Source: an uncultured Acidimicrobiaceae bacterium (GTDB taxonomy: Bacteria > Actinomycetota > Acidimicrobiia > Spongiisociales > ZC4RG35). Taken from it: 39,642 bases of DNA. Location: the NCBI GenBank assembly GCA_964600055.1, contig CAZRID010000001.1:1-39642 (forward strand), given 5' to 3'. The first letter of the stretch is position 1, and every line of letters begins with the position of its first letter. Made by a program: the position numbers and the translations under genes. The notes below the pieces were generated by a model. It saw only the letters and a program-made list of their open reading frames with translations. It did no database searches and had not been told where the DNA came from. Positions 24,740-32,179 of this stretch are shown here, piece after piece.

Positions 24740-25337
24740 TGTCCGCAGTCACCGGGAGCTTGAGCCGGCCACGGCTCGAGAGGCCGAGGCCGAACTCGGA
24801 GGCGTAGACCTTGACCGCCGTCCGATACTGGTTGAGAACGGTGGCGATCGGATGGCGGACGATCCCCCGCTCGCCGGCGATGGTGAGCCCTTCCACCGAA
24901 AGGGCCCGCTCACATTGATCGATCCGGGCGACGCAGACGCAGTAGTCGGCCAAGGCACCGAGGTCGAGGACCGTCAAAAGCTTGTAGCGGATCAGCTCGG
25001 GTGCGATCCGCCGCCACTCATGCGATGCAATCTTCCGGGTGCGGGTCAGCTCGCGGCTCTTCCCCGTCCACGACTCGTGGGCCCAGTTGTACCTACGTTC
25101 GGCCGCCACCCGGTTGGTGACCGACTTCTCGTCGTCGCCTTCGTCGAAGAGCTCGGGGTAGGACGCCATCGCCGGCTTGATCGGGGGAGGGAACCACTCC
25201 TTCCAGTCCGGCTCGCGGATGTCGGAGATAGAGGCGACCGCCACCACCGGAATCGTCTCGGGGATCGGGCGCTTGCCAGGATTGCCGAGGATCAGCTTCA
25301 AATGGGGATGTTTTGGCTTTCGGCCAGGGCTTGCCAT
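24711..25337 (-). CDS. terS: Terminase small subunit (P27 family)
   Basis: Trimmed to the ATG at 25337, with SD gggaggtgg. The N-terminus GRKPKHPHLKLILGNPGKRPIPE is typical of the P27 family. Confidence 0.8.
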   Translation of the reverse strand: MASPGRKPKHPHLKLILGNPGKRPIPETIPVVAVASISDIREPDWKEWFPPPIKPAMASYPELFDEGDDEKSVTNRVAAERRYNWAHESWTGKSRELTRTRKIASHEWRRIAPELIRYKLLTVLDLGALADYCVCVARIDQCERALSVEGLTIAGERGIVRHPIATVLNQYRTAVKVYASEFGLGLSSRGRLKLPVTADNEPGADLLD

Positions 25338-25462
25338 GCTTTTCCACCTCCCTGGAGCGCAATGCTGTGGATTTCGCGGCGGCTCGCGGCTTATGAACCA
25401 GATCGGGCCTATTGGACTCGAGTCGAGAGGAATCGACCCCCCCCTACCCCTTCCTCGAAGGG

Positions 25463-25852
25463 CTACCCAGACCGGCGAGCGTTGCAAGCTCGGCAAAGGA
25501 CCCGGAGCTCGCCGAGCGGATCACCACCGGCAGCAATCGAGTCAAGGTGATCCGCGGTGAGATCTCGAGAAGTGTGCGCCGGCACACCCCAACCAGGGCA
25601 CCACCATCCATGTCGAACGACGTGGGAAACGACGGCTTCCGCACGTCGTCGACGATCGGCTCGAGAGCGCGGTGTCGTTGTCTCGTGGCGGTCGCAGCGC
25701 GGCGGGCGGTTACGAGTGAGGCGGCCGCACCGTCGACCGTTCGCGAGCTTGGCGCCACATGGACGCTTGGGTCGAAGACTCAAGCTGGTCGTCGCATCAA
25801 CCGCAAGAGCCTTAGCCAGAAGTGCAGCCTTCGGCATCCGACTCGGTCGCAC
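25463..25852 (-). CDS. HNH endonuclease
   Basis: Motif DLTADHLDSIAAGGD...LRVLCRACNARR. Its position upstream of TerS is typical of HK97-like cos phages. Confidence 0.8.
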   Translation of the reverse strand: MRPSRMPKAALLAKALAVDATTSLSLRPKRPCGAKLANGRRCGRLTRNRPPRCDRHETTTPRSRADRRRRAEAVVSHVVRHGWWCPGWGVPAHTSRDLTADHLDSIAAGGDPLGELRVLCRACNARRSG

Positions 25853-25925
25853 GCACCACGCATGGGCGGGAGGTTGTCGTACTCAGTTCCCCAAGCTCCG
25901 TTCAGATCCCAACCTGACGTGCCCA

Positions 25926-26126
25926 TCAGTTTCCGGCGGAAACTTTCGTCTTGTCATCGACCTCGACACGGAAGGCAGCCGCAACCAGGCGGGCAGTAGC
26001 CACCGCTGCGCGCTTGGTTTTGTACATCTCCGAGGTGTAGAGGATCCGGCCATTGGCTCCTCGGATCCTCGACCAGTACTCGCGGGTCTTGACGCTGCGA
26101 TAGACCTCAACACGGAACCTGGTCAC
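25926..26126 (-). CDS. DUF1508 (YegP-like) protein, 66 aa
   Basis: Trimmed to the GTG at 26126 (GTGA overlap). The motif FRVEVYRS...YWSRIRGANGRILYTSEMYKTKRAA matches the YegP repeat pattern. Confidence 0.65.
   Translation of the reverse strand: MTRFRVEVYRSVKTREYWSRIRGANGRILYTSEMYKTKRAAVATARLVAAAFRVEVDDKTKVSAGN
25929..25943 (-). promoter_or_regulatory. parS-like palindrome copy 4
   Basis: The minus strand reads aaaGTTTCCGCCGGAAACtga. It overlaps the last codons and the stop of the DUF1508-like gene, at the early/packaging boundary. Confidence 0.6.
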
Positions 26127-26428
26127 GATCCGACGACCGATCCGTCTTCCCACTTGAACTCGGCGACGCCCGCATGGAGTCCACACTTGACGCAGTAGGT
26201 AGCTCCGTAGAACGTGGGTTGGGCCGCATAGGTCTCAGCGAGTGCCTGGCCCATCGAGGTGGCAGCACCGCAGAGGTTGTGGATGTAGGTCTTGCGCACT
26301 GGGCGGATGAAGCCTCGGGACCGCTCTTCGTCGCTCAGCACCAGGTAGACCTCGGCCTGTGGTCGTGGCTCGGTGTCGGTGCCTCGAGACAGTCTCGGGT
26401 CGGTGGGATCCGAAGTGGTTCCGCTCAT
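26123..26428 (-). CDS. Hypothetical Cys-containing protein (101 aa)
   Basis: Trimmed to the ATG at 26428. Contains LCGAAT...YCVKCG. Confidence 0.5.
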   Translation of the reverse strand: MSGTTSDPTDPRLSRGTDTEPRPQAEVYLVLSDEERSRGFIRPVRKTYIHNLCGAATSMGQALAETYAAQPTFYGATYCVKCGLHAGVAEFKWEDGSVVGS

Positions 26429-26499
26429 GACTGGGACCGCCCTTTCGGTTTTGTGTGGTGAGCCCATCGGAGGCGCTGGCACTTCGGGAAGCGGGCGGA

Positions 26500-26622
26500 G
26501 TCAGGTACCTGGATGAGTTCGCATTCCGATTCAACAATCGGGACAACACGTTCCGGTTCCGTGACACCTTGCAACGTCTGTGTCAAAGCGAAGTGTTGAC
26601 ATATCAGGAACTTGTGTCCTGA
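26500..26622 (+). pseudogene. IS1595-family transposase C-terminal remnant
   Basis: The plus-frame translation VRYLDEFAFRFNNRDNTFRFRDTLQRLCQSEVLTYQELVS* carries the YLDEFxFRFNxR C-terminal signature. No upstream transposase body is present (in-frame stop at 26428-26430). Confidence 0.6.
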
Positions 26623-27266
26623 GGTGCGATTCCACCCATAGGCATCCCAGAAATCGCCTCCGTCAGGGTTCGGCGCCAGTGTTCGACCATAACGGGAGGA
26701 ACCGCGAACCCTACGCGTTCGAATGTGCAACGCCGAAATACGACCCCCACCATTCCGATGACGCCCGCCGTAGGTTGGGGTTCTAGACCGAACACGACCG
26801 TGACTATCGGAGAGGTAAAGGTGACCGTTCCGTCGAAGTGCGGACCCGGTGGACTGGTCGGGGTCAACACAGCCGGACCCACAATCCGACAGTCCTGAAA
26901 TATCTTGTTGCTGATGATCGGCGTCCCGACGCGCACCATATCGACCACGTTGATCCGTCGATGATTGATGACCTGAGCAGCTAACTCCTCGTCGGTGGCG
27001 ATAGGCAATTCACCGAAGTCGGAGGCGGGGGGTGAGGAACTAGGCGCTACGGCGAGCAATTGCGGACGCCACGTTCCAAGCGCAGCCAGGACAAGCGAAA
27101 AAACCCCGATCCCAAGGACCGCGATCCAGAGACCCGGAAGGTCTGTAAGAGTGCGCAGCACAAACGAGGCGACGCTGCTCACGCCGAGACCCCACCACAC
27201 GAAATGGAGGGTCGAAATGTTGCCGAGCCACCTCCACGCAATCGCCAAAACGCTACGACCCGACAT
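26604..27266 (-). CDS. Membrane protein (2 N-terminal TM helices plus a soluble domain), moron gene
   Basis: 220 aa with hydrophobic N-terminal helices, in the lower-GC stretch. No family recognised. Confidence 0.55.
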   Translation of the reverse strand: MSGRSVLAIAWRWLGNISTLHFVWWGLGVSSVASFVLRTLTDLPGLWIAVLGIGVFSLVLAALGTWRPQLLAVAPSSSPPASDFGELPIATDEELAAQVINHRRINVVDMVRVGTPIISNKIFQDCRIVGPAVLTPTSPPGPHFDGTVTFTSPIVTVVFGLEPQPTAGVIGMVGVVFRRCTFERVGFAVPPVMVEHWRRTLTEAISGMPMGGIAPQDTSS

Positions 27267-27451
27267 CCCGAGAATCGTAGTGACGGGTTAGGACGCGACT
27301 GAGTCACTTATACCGTCCTGTATGAGGCAGGTGAGCACGGCCGGGCTGCTCTGCGCCGCTGTGGGAGGTTTGGGGGCCAGTACCTCGTGGGGGAGGTCGG
27401 CTCACTCCAATAACCGGGACCATAGACACCGTCTGTCAAGGATTTGTGGAT

Positions 27452-27700
27452 TTAGTTCCGACAGTGTGTTTTCGAGCAATGCGCGGTTTGCAGCTGTTCG
27501 AGTGTCTTGACCCGGCCAGCCTTCAGATCGGCTTCGGCGGCGGCGAGGTCGTGTCGGAACCAGCAGCTAACCAGCTCCAGGTCGAGGGTCACCCGGTCGC
27601 CTAGACGTTCCCCAATCGGGATACCGCAGCACGGCATCAGGTGGCTTCCGATCGGTGGGCACATGTGGGTCACGACATCGGTTGCAATCTCGTCACTCAC
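27452..27700 (-). CDS. Cys-rich small protein (82 aa), moron gene
   Basis: GTG start directly after the 25-nt leader repeat. Contains HMCPPIGSHLMPCCG and a C-terminal AAAEADLKAGRV helix. Confidence 0.5.
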   Translation of the reverse strand: MSDEIATDVVTHMCPPIGSHLMPCCGIPIGERLGDRVTLDLELVSCWFRHDLAAAEADLKAGRVKTLEQLQTAHCSKTHCRN

Positions 27701-28136
27701 GTTTCACCTTCTCTTTCAGGCTTTGGGGCTGAGAGGGGGATAAGGAAACGCCAGCCGCATTCGGCGTGTCTGCCCTGTCCAACCTCGTCGCCCGCGAAAA
27801 GGATGCAGTGGGTTCTACGGGATGACCACCAGGGGGAGTCACGGCCCAAATTATCGGGCCGTCGTCAGTGGCATTACCTTCAAGCGGCAGCGTGGCAACT
27901 AGCAGCGACTCACCGATGAGTCCGTACATCTCCCACCCGACCTCGTCCCACCAGTCAGCAAGCCAGCAACCTGGGCGCTTACCGCTGCTCTCGATCGTGC
28001 AGCCCAACTCGTCGGGGCAGACAACATGGCCCCTCGCGCCTTCCCACTCCAACCAAACCTCGAACTTGTGGGCATTGACGGGAAGGCATGTTCCTAGCGA
28101 TTCTCCGTCCAAGTAGTACGGGATGCGCTCGCTCAT
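27693..28136 (-). CDS. Hypothetical protein (147 aa), moron gene
   Basis: ATGA-coupled to the 35-aa ORF upstream. Trp/Cys-rich N-terminal part. No family recognised. Confidence 0.5.
   Translation of the reverse strand: MSERIPYYLDGESLGTCLPVNAHKFEVWLEWEGARGHVVCPDELGCTIESSGKRPGCWLADWWDEVGWEMYGLIGESLLVATLPLEGNATDDGPIIWAVTPPGGHPVEPTASFSRATRLDRADTPNAAGVSLSPSQPQSLKEKVKRE
27707..27731 (-). repeat. 25-nt leader repeat, copy 1
   Basis: The minus strand reads CAGCCCCAAAGCCTGAAAGAGAAGG and ends 6 nt before the GTG at 27700. It is identical to 28250-28274. Confidence 0.85.
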
Positions 28137-28240
28137 TCGTCGTCCCAGTTTCGGCCCTGAAAGATCGCTCCGCCCTCACCGTCTGGATAGATGATGGATG
28201 GTGCGCCTTCGATCGCCTCTTGAACTGTCGCAACTCTCAC
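28133..28240 (-). CDS. Unlisted 35-aa ORF behind leader repeat copy 2
   Basis: My translation is VRVATVQEAIEGAPSIIYPDGEGGAIFQGRNWDDE. The GTG lies 9 nt after the repeat, and the stop overlaps the next start (ATGA). Confidence 0.4.
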   Translation of the reverse strand: MRVATVQEAIEGAPSIIYPDGEGGAIFQGRNWDDE

Positions 28241-28249
28241 TTCGGGCTC

Positions 28250-28274
28250 CCTTCTCTTTCAGGCTTTGGGGCTG
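28250..28274 (-). repeat. 25-nt leader repeat, copy 2
   Basis: Identical 25-mer, ending 9 nt before the GTG at 28240. Confidence 0.85.
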
Positions 28275-28326
28275 GGTCAGTCATATACGATCGAAGTTGA
28301 ATCGAGGTCCTTGCAACCATCGCATG

Positions 28327-28821
28327 CTATGCGGCCTCACCGTCGCCGGCCCGGAGCTTGAACCCGCACCACGTGCAATAACGTTCGAGGAGGATCCCGA
28401 GCGGTTGATGACACTGCCGGCATGAGCGTCTCGTCGATCGCACCTCGGGGGTGGTCCGGTTGAACGTGGCGACCTCGCCGGTCAGCTTGTGCAAATGGTC
28501 CATCACCCCCTCGAGGAAGTTGTGGGCGTAGACGGGGGTCGGGTCGAACATCGGGGGCTCCCCCCCGCCGGTGATCTTCGGCTTGTCAGTCCGGATCGCC
28601 TGATTCGCATCCGACAGGAGAGCGGTGGCGTCGACCTGGAAGAGGAACTCACGGACGATCGACTGATGGTCCGGTGTCAGGTCGCGGACCCATCCGATCT
28701 GTTTGCGGAGCTCCTCAGCGGTGCCGACGTGAGCCCGGATCGTTTTCTCGGCCTGGGCGAGTTTCCGCTCCAGCTCGGCGATGCGAGGCCCTCGCTTATC
28801 GGTGAGATGTTGCCTAGCCAT
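28327..28821 (-). CDS. Coiled-coil protein with a C-terminal zinc ribbon
   Basis: Contains AELERKLAQAEKTIRAH and a C-terminal CRQC...CTWC. The start could be the ATG at 28821 or the GTG at 28827. Confidence 0.55.
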   Translation of the reverse strand: MARQHLTDKRGPRIAELERKLAQAEKTIRAHVGTAEELRKQIGWVRDLTPDHQSIVREFLFQVDATALLSDANQAIRTDKPKITGGGEPPMFDPTPVYAHNFLEGVMDHLHKLTGEVATFNRTTPEVRSTRRSCRQCHQPLGILLERYCTWCGFKLRAGDGEAA

Positions 28822-28975
28822 CGACACAGTCCCAACAGACGAAAACTGGGACCGCTCCTTCTTCTTGGATGGAGATGCGGATGGTGGCGAGCTCGCCGCA
28901 TTGGGTGCATGGCCGGCGGTCGGTGACGTCGTCGTCGATGGTGGCGTGGAGGCCCTCGTCGGGTTCAGTTGCCAT
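28814..28975 (-). CDS. Unlisted 53-aa zinc-ribbon protein
   Basis: My translation is MATEPDEGLHATIDDDVTDRRPCTQCGELATIRISIQEEGAVPVFVCWDCVDG (CxxC...CxxC). It overlaps both neighbours. Confidence 0.5.
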   Translation of the reverse strand: MATEPDEGLHATIDDDVTDRRPCTQCGELATIRISIQEEGAVPVFVCWDCVDG

Positions 28976-29267
28976 CGATTACCTCGGGGAGCATGAAGAC
29001 GGGGAGTCGGGTGCCTGGGAAGCCGAGGACGATGAGACCTCCGGCTTGGAGTTTTTCGAGGTCGCCTTCCTCGAGGGTGAGGACGACGGAGGTAACCGGC
29101 CAGAGGGTGCCTTCCGCGGAGCCGGTGGGGTGGACCTGGTAGGTGACGGCTTCGGCTGGGGGGATCACCGGGTCGTTGAGGTCACCGTTGGGCGCTGTCC
29201 AGATGGCGCGTGTGGCTTCGGGTCCGAATTGGGCGAGGAGTCCGGCAGAGATAGGGATTGGTCTCAT
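28965..29267 (-). CDS. Hypothetical early protein (100 aa)
   Basis: Trimmed to the ATG at 29267 (ATGA overlap). Confidence 0.5.
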   Translation of the reverse strand: MRPIPISAGLLAQFGPEATRAIWTAPNGDLNDPVIPPAEAVTYQVHPTGSAEGTLWPVTSVVLTLEEGDLEKLQAGGLIVLGFPGTRLPVFMLPEVIDGN

Positions 29268-29659
29268 GGGATGGCCTGGCCACCGTCGGGGCATACGAGG
29301 CAGTCCTCGAGGAGGTGATCCCAGCTGTCCCAGGTGAACTCGCCTGGAGGCATCTTGAGATCGGCTTTGAATCCGGGCGGGGGTTGGCGGGGGACCATCT
29401 CGAGGGTGATGACATGGGCGAGGAGTTGGCGGAAACCGCCGGGGAGGGGGGTGCCTTCGTCTTGAGACGTTCCCAAGTCGTCGATGACGTCGAGAACTGC
29501 CTGGCAGATCGGATGGGCCCGATAGGTCCACATGTCGTCTTCGAAGATGCCGACTGACTTGATGTAGATGGTGCCGGCAGGGATCGGCCATTCGCACAGT
29601 TGGCACTGGTGGTCTTTGCGGGCTGTTGGTTGGCTTGCGCTCAACTGGATCCAGCTCAT
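29264..29659 (-). CDS. Hypothetical Cys/His-containing early protein (131 aa)
   Basis: ATG at 29659 in an ATGA overlap. Contains CQLC...HPIC. Confidence 0.5.
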   Translation of the reverse strand: MSWIQLSASQPTARKDHQCQLCEWPIPAGTIYIKSVGIFEDDMWTYRAHPICQAVLDVIDDLGTSQDEGTPLPGGFRQLLAHVITLEMVPRQPPPGFKADLKMPPGEFTWDSWDHLLEDCLVCPDGGQAIP

Positions 29660-30033
29660 GGCCGCCACCCTTTCATCGTCTCGGCGGCTCTAAGGTCGAA
29701 AAGGAGTCCGTCGTCGGTGGCGATGATCCCGGGGAACCTTTGGGCGAGGGCTTCGCAGAGGAGGCGGGCTTCCTGTTCGACCTGGTTGGAGAATTCGCCG
29801 CCGGTGAAGACACCTTTGGCGATGAGGAGTTGGATGAGGGCAGACGATTCGGCTCGGAGGATCAGGGTCAATTCGCGGTGGTTGCGGACGGCGTCGCCTT
29901 CCGGGTCGCCCTTGGCACGGGTACCGAGTTGCCAGCCGGCCAGCAACACCCGCCACTTGCCGAGACGGTTCAGCCAGGGCAGACGGGACTGGTACGGGGA
30001 CGGATCGGGACCATCGGGATCAGGCATCGTCAT
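29656..30033 (-). CDS. Hypothetical early protein (125 aa)
   Basis: ATGA overlap with the upstream gene. Good GC3 bias. Confidence 0.55.
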   Translation of the reverse strand: MTMPDPDGPDPSPYQSRLPWLNRLGKWRVLLAGWQLGTRAKGDPEGDAVRNHRELTLILRAESSALIQLLIAKGVFTGGEFSNQVEQEARLLCEALAQRFPGIIATDDGLLFDLRAAETMKGWRP

Positions 30034-30677
30034 CGGGACCGCTTCCAGGCGACCCGCGGCGGGTTGGCCTGGCCTCGGATCTCGGCGTGGACCTGGCCGG
30101 TGCTGTCAACGACTCGCACGACGTCGAATCCCACCTTGCGGATGAAGAACGGAGCCATGACGCCGGGCGTGAACGCGGCGGCGGCTTGGAGGCCGGCCTC
30201 GAGGATGGCGATGGCGGCCCATTGTTGGTTGGAGGCGCAGAGCATCGCGCCGAGTGCGTACTCGCAGCCGGATCCGACAGCGGAGAGTCCTACTTCGGTC
30301 TCGATGAAGGAGAGGTCAGAACTGAATTCGAACAGCCGACTCCGGTAGCCGACCAACGCTGACCCTGATTCCTCCCGATCGTTTTCCTTCTTCAACCATC
30401 CCTCCGACTGGAGGGCGTTACGCACCGTCGGGACGAACTCTTTGACCAGGTACTCCTCGGCGTCCTTGCGGACGTCGTACGGAGGTTCGGTCCGATATTG
30501 GAGGATCTGGCCGAATCGGAAGCTGGTGGTGTAACCCAGAACCAGAGTCCCGGATCCGGTGTGGAGCTCGACCAGCTTGGGGGTCTTGAGAGCGGCCCGC
30601 CAGTTGGGAGAGGCGCCACAAGCATCGCCTCCGAGCCAGACGTCGCCGTCGTTGACGACTCCGACGATCGCGGTCAC
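30030..30677 (-). CDS. HslV/proteasome-beta-like Ntn-hydrolase-fold protein (215 aa)
   Basis: Trimmed to the GTG at 30677 (GTGA overlap). The N-terminus (M)TAIVGVVNDGDVWLGGDA places Thr at position 2. GSGCEYALGA resembles the HslV motif GSGGxYAL. Confidence 0.55.
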   Translation of the reverse strand: MTAIVGVVNDGDVWLGGDACGASPNWRAALKTPKLVELHTGSGTLVLGYTTSFRFGQILQYRTEPPYDVRKDAEEYLVKEFVPTVRNALQSEGWLKKENDREESGSALVGYRSRLFEFSSDLSFIETEVGLSAVGSGCEYALGAMLCASNQQWAAIAILEAGLQAAAAFTPGVMAPFFIRKVGFDVVRVVDSTGQVHAEIRGQANPPRVAWKRSR

Positions 30678-30895
30678 GAGTGGGTCCTCTGTTTGCGGTA
30701 GTCGTCGGCTTTGGGACAGACGGCGTGGTGGGGGAGGTAGGTGTCGACGATCCGGACCTGGGGCTCGCCGGCTTCGTCCATCGAGACGACCGCGGCCCGC
30801 TTCTCTTTGCTGGCGGCGTGGAGGGGGATGGGCCGGTCGGTGTTCTTCGACCGGGCCCAGACGATTTCGGCGTTGCAGCCGCGGCAATGGTTCAC
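30674..30895 (-). CDS. Small zinc-finger-like protein (73 aa)
   Basis: Trimmed to the GTG at 30895 (GTGA overlap). Contains CRGC...HHAVC. Confidence 0.5.
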   Translation of the reverse strand: MNHCRGCNAEIVWARSKNTDRPIPLHAASKEKRAAVVSMDEAGEPQVRIVDTYLPHHAVCPKADDYRKQRTHS

Positions 30896-31335
30896 GGTTG
30901 GAACCGGCGGATGAGAGCGGCGACGATCGGGAAAAGGGTACGGACCGCGGCGATGTCGGCTTCCGGTTCGGCGTGGCGCCACAGGTAGGTGACGGCGGCG
31001 GCGTCGCCGTTGAGCCAGCCGGTGACGAGGGCGGCGGCGAGGTGGCCACCTTCGGTCTGGTCGACGTCGGCCGGGAAGAACGCCTGCCAGTTCCGGCCGG
31101 TGGTGGGGACGACACTTTTGGCTACTGCGAGGAGTCCGTAGACGACGTCGGACCACATGGCGTGGGCGGCGACGCTGAACGTTTCGGGGTCGGTCAGATC
31201 AGGGTCGGGGAGGGTGCGGGCGATCTCGACCAGGTACGGATCCAGCACGTGGAGCTCAGAGTTTCCGACCAGGGCTTTGAGAGCGTTGGAGATGAGCCCG
31301 ATACGGCGGAGGTCGGTTTCCGGCGGAAACCTCAT
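30892..31335 (-). CDS. Hypothetical early protein (147 aa)
   Basis: Trimmed to the ATG at 31335 (ATGA overlap). Codons 3-7 are formed by parS-like copy 5. Confidence 0.5.
   Translation of the reverse strand: MRFPPETDLRRIGLISNALKALVGNSELHVLDPYLVEIARTLPDPDLTDPETFSVAAHAMWSDVVYGLLAVAKSVVPTTGRNWQAFFPADVDQTEGGHLAAALVTGWLNGDAAAVTYLWRHAEPEADIAAVRTLFPIVAALIRRFQP
31316..31330 (-). promoter_or_regulatory. parS-like palindrome copy 5
   Basis: The minus strand reads atgagGTTTCCGCCGGAAACC. It lies at the junction after the wHTH gene. Confidence 0.6.
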
Positions 31336-31739
31336 GGCCGGGTCCCGTAGAGGTGGGCCTGGCGGTGGGCGTCCAACACGATCCGGAGGGGGTGGCCGTT
31401 GGGGTTGGAGAGGAACTCGCCGCATGAACATTGGTAGCCGGAGATGAGGGTCGGAGGCCAGGACCGGTCCGACGGTTTGCGGTCAGCCCAGAAGCGGGTG
31501 CGGGGACCGAGATGGGTTTGGTGGACCCGTTTGCGGATGACGTCGGCTTTGGCGAGGCGGTGGAGCTCTCCGCGGACAGTGCCAAGGCCGACGTCGAGCC
31601 GGTCGGCGACCTGACGGGGAGTCCAGGCGGTGCCGGTGTCGGAGAGCAGCAGGTCGAGGATCTGGTGGATGACCGAACCGACCTTGACTTGAGGCTCACC
31701 ACACCAGTAGCAGGAGCGGGCTGGGACCGCGGCGGTCAT
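31332..31739 (-). CDS. Winged-helix (MarR-like) DNA-binding protein with Cys pairs (135 aa)
   Basis: IHQILDLLLSDTGTAWTPRQVADRLDVGLGTVRGELHRLAKADVIRKR is a wHTH pattern. Also contains CYWCG and CSCG. Confidence 0.55.
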   Translation of the reverse strand: MTAAVPARSCYWCGEPQVKVGSVIHQILDLLLSDTGTAWTPRQVADRLDVGLGTVRGELHRLAKADVIRKRVHQTHLGPRTRFWADRKPSDRSWPPTLISGYQCSCGEFLSNPNGHPLRIVLDAHRQAHLYGTRP

Positions 31740-32179
31740 TAGAAGACGTCCACGGTTTCGTCTTCGGATTCGGGTGAAGCCTGGTCGAGGACGACGGTTT
31801 GTTCGGTGCCGCATTTGACGCAGATCCGGGTTTGGTATCCGCCTTCGGCTGGCCATGGTTGCCAAATGTGGGGGCACCAGGTGGGGTCGGTCGGGTCGAC
31901 GTCGTCGGGGATGTTCTTTTTGGCGGCGGTTTTAGCGGCGGCTCGGAGCTCGTCGGCGTGTGGAGGCCGGCCTTTGCCTTCGTCGTACCAGACGCGGGCC
32001 GCCTGCCAGATCGCTTTGGCGGGGATCCGTTCGAAGTCGGGGTAGAGCACTTCGGCTCGGGACGGTGGGGCCGGCTCGCCGGTTTTCGGTTTGGGGGTGG
32101 CCCATTCGCGGGAGCGGGGCCAACGGTCGACGATCCAGTCGACGATGTCGACCCACTCGTCGGGCCGGCAGGCGCTCAT
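31739..32179 (-). CDS. Hypothetical early protein (146 aa)
   Basis: Coupled on both sides. C-terminal CVKCG. Confidence 0.5.
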   Translation of the reverse strand: MSACRPDEWVDIVDWIVDRWPRSREWATPKPKTGEPAPPSRAEVLYPDFERIPAKAIWQAARVWYDEGKGRPPHADELRAAAKTAAKKNIPDDVDPTDPTWCPHIWQPWPAEGGYQTRICVKCGTEQTVVLDQASPESEDETVDVF

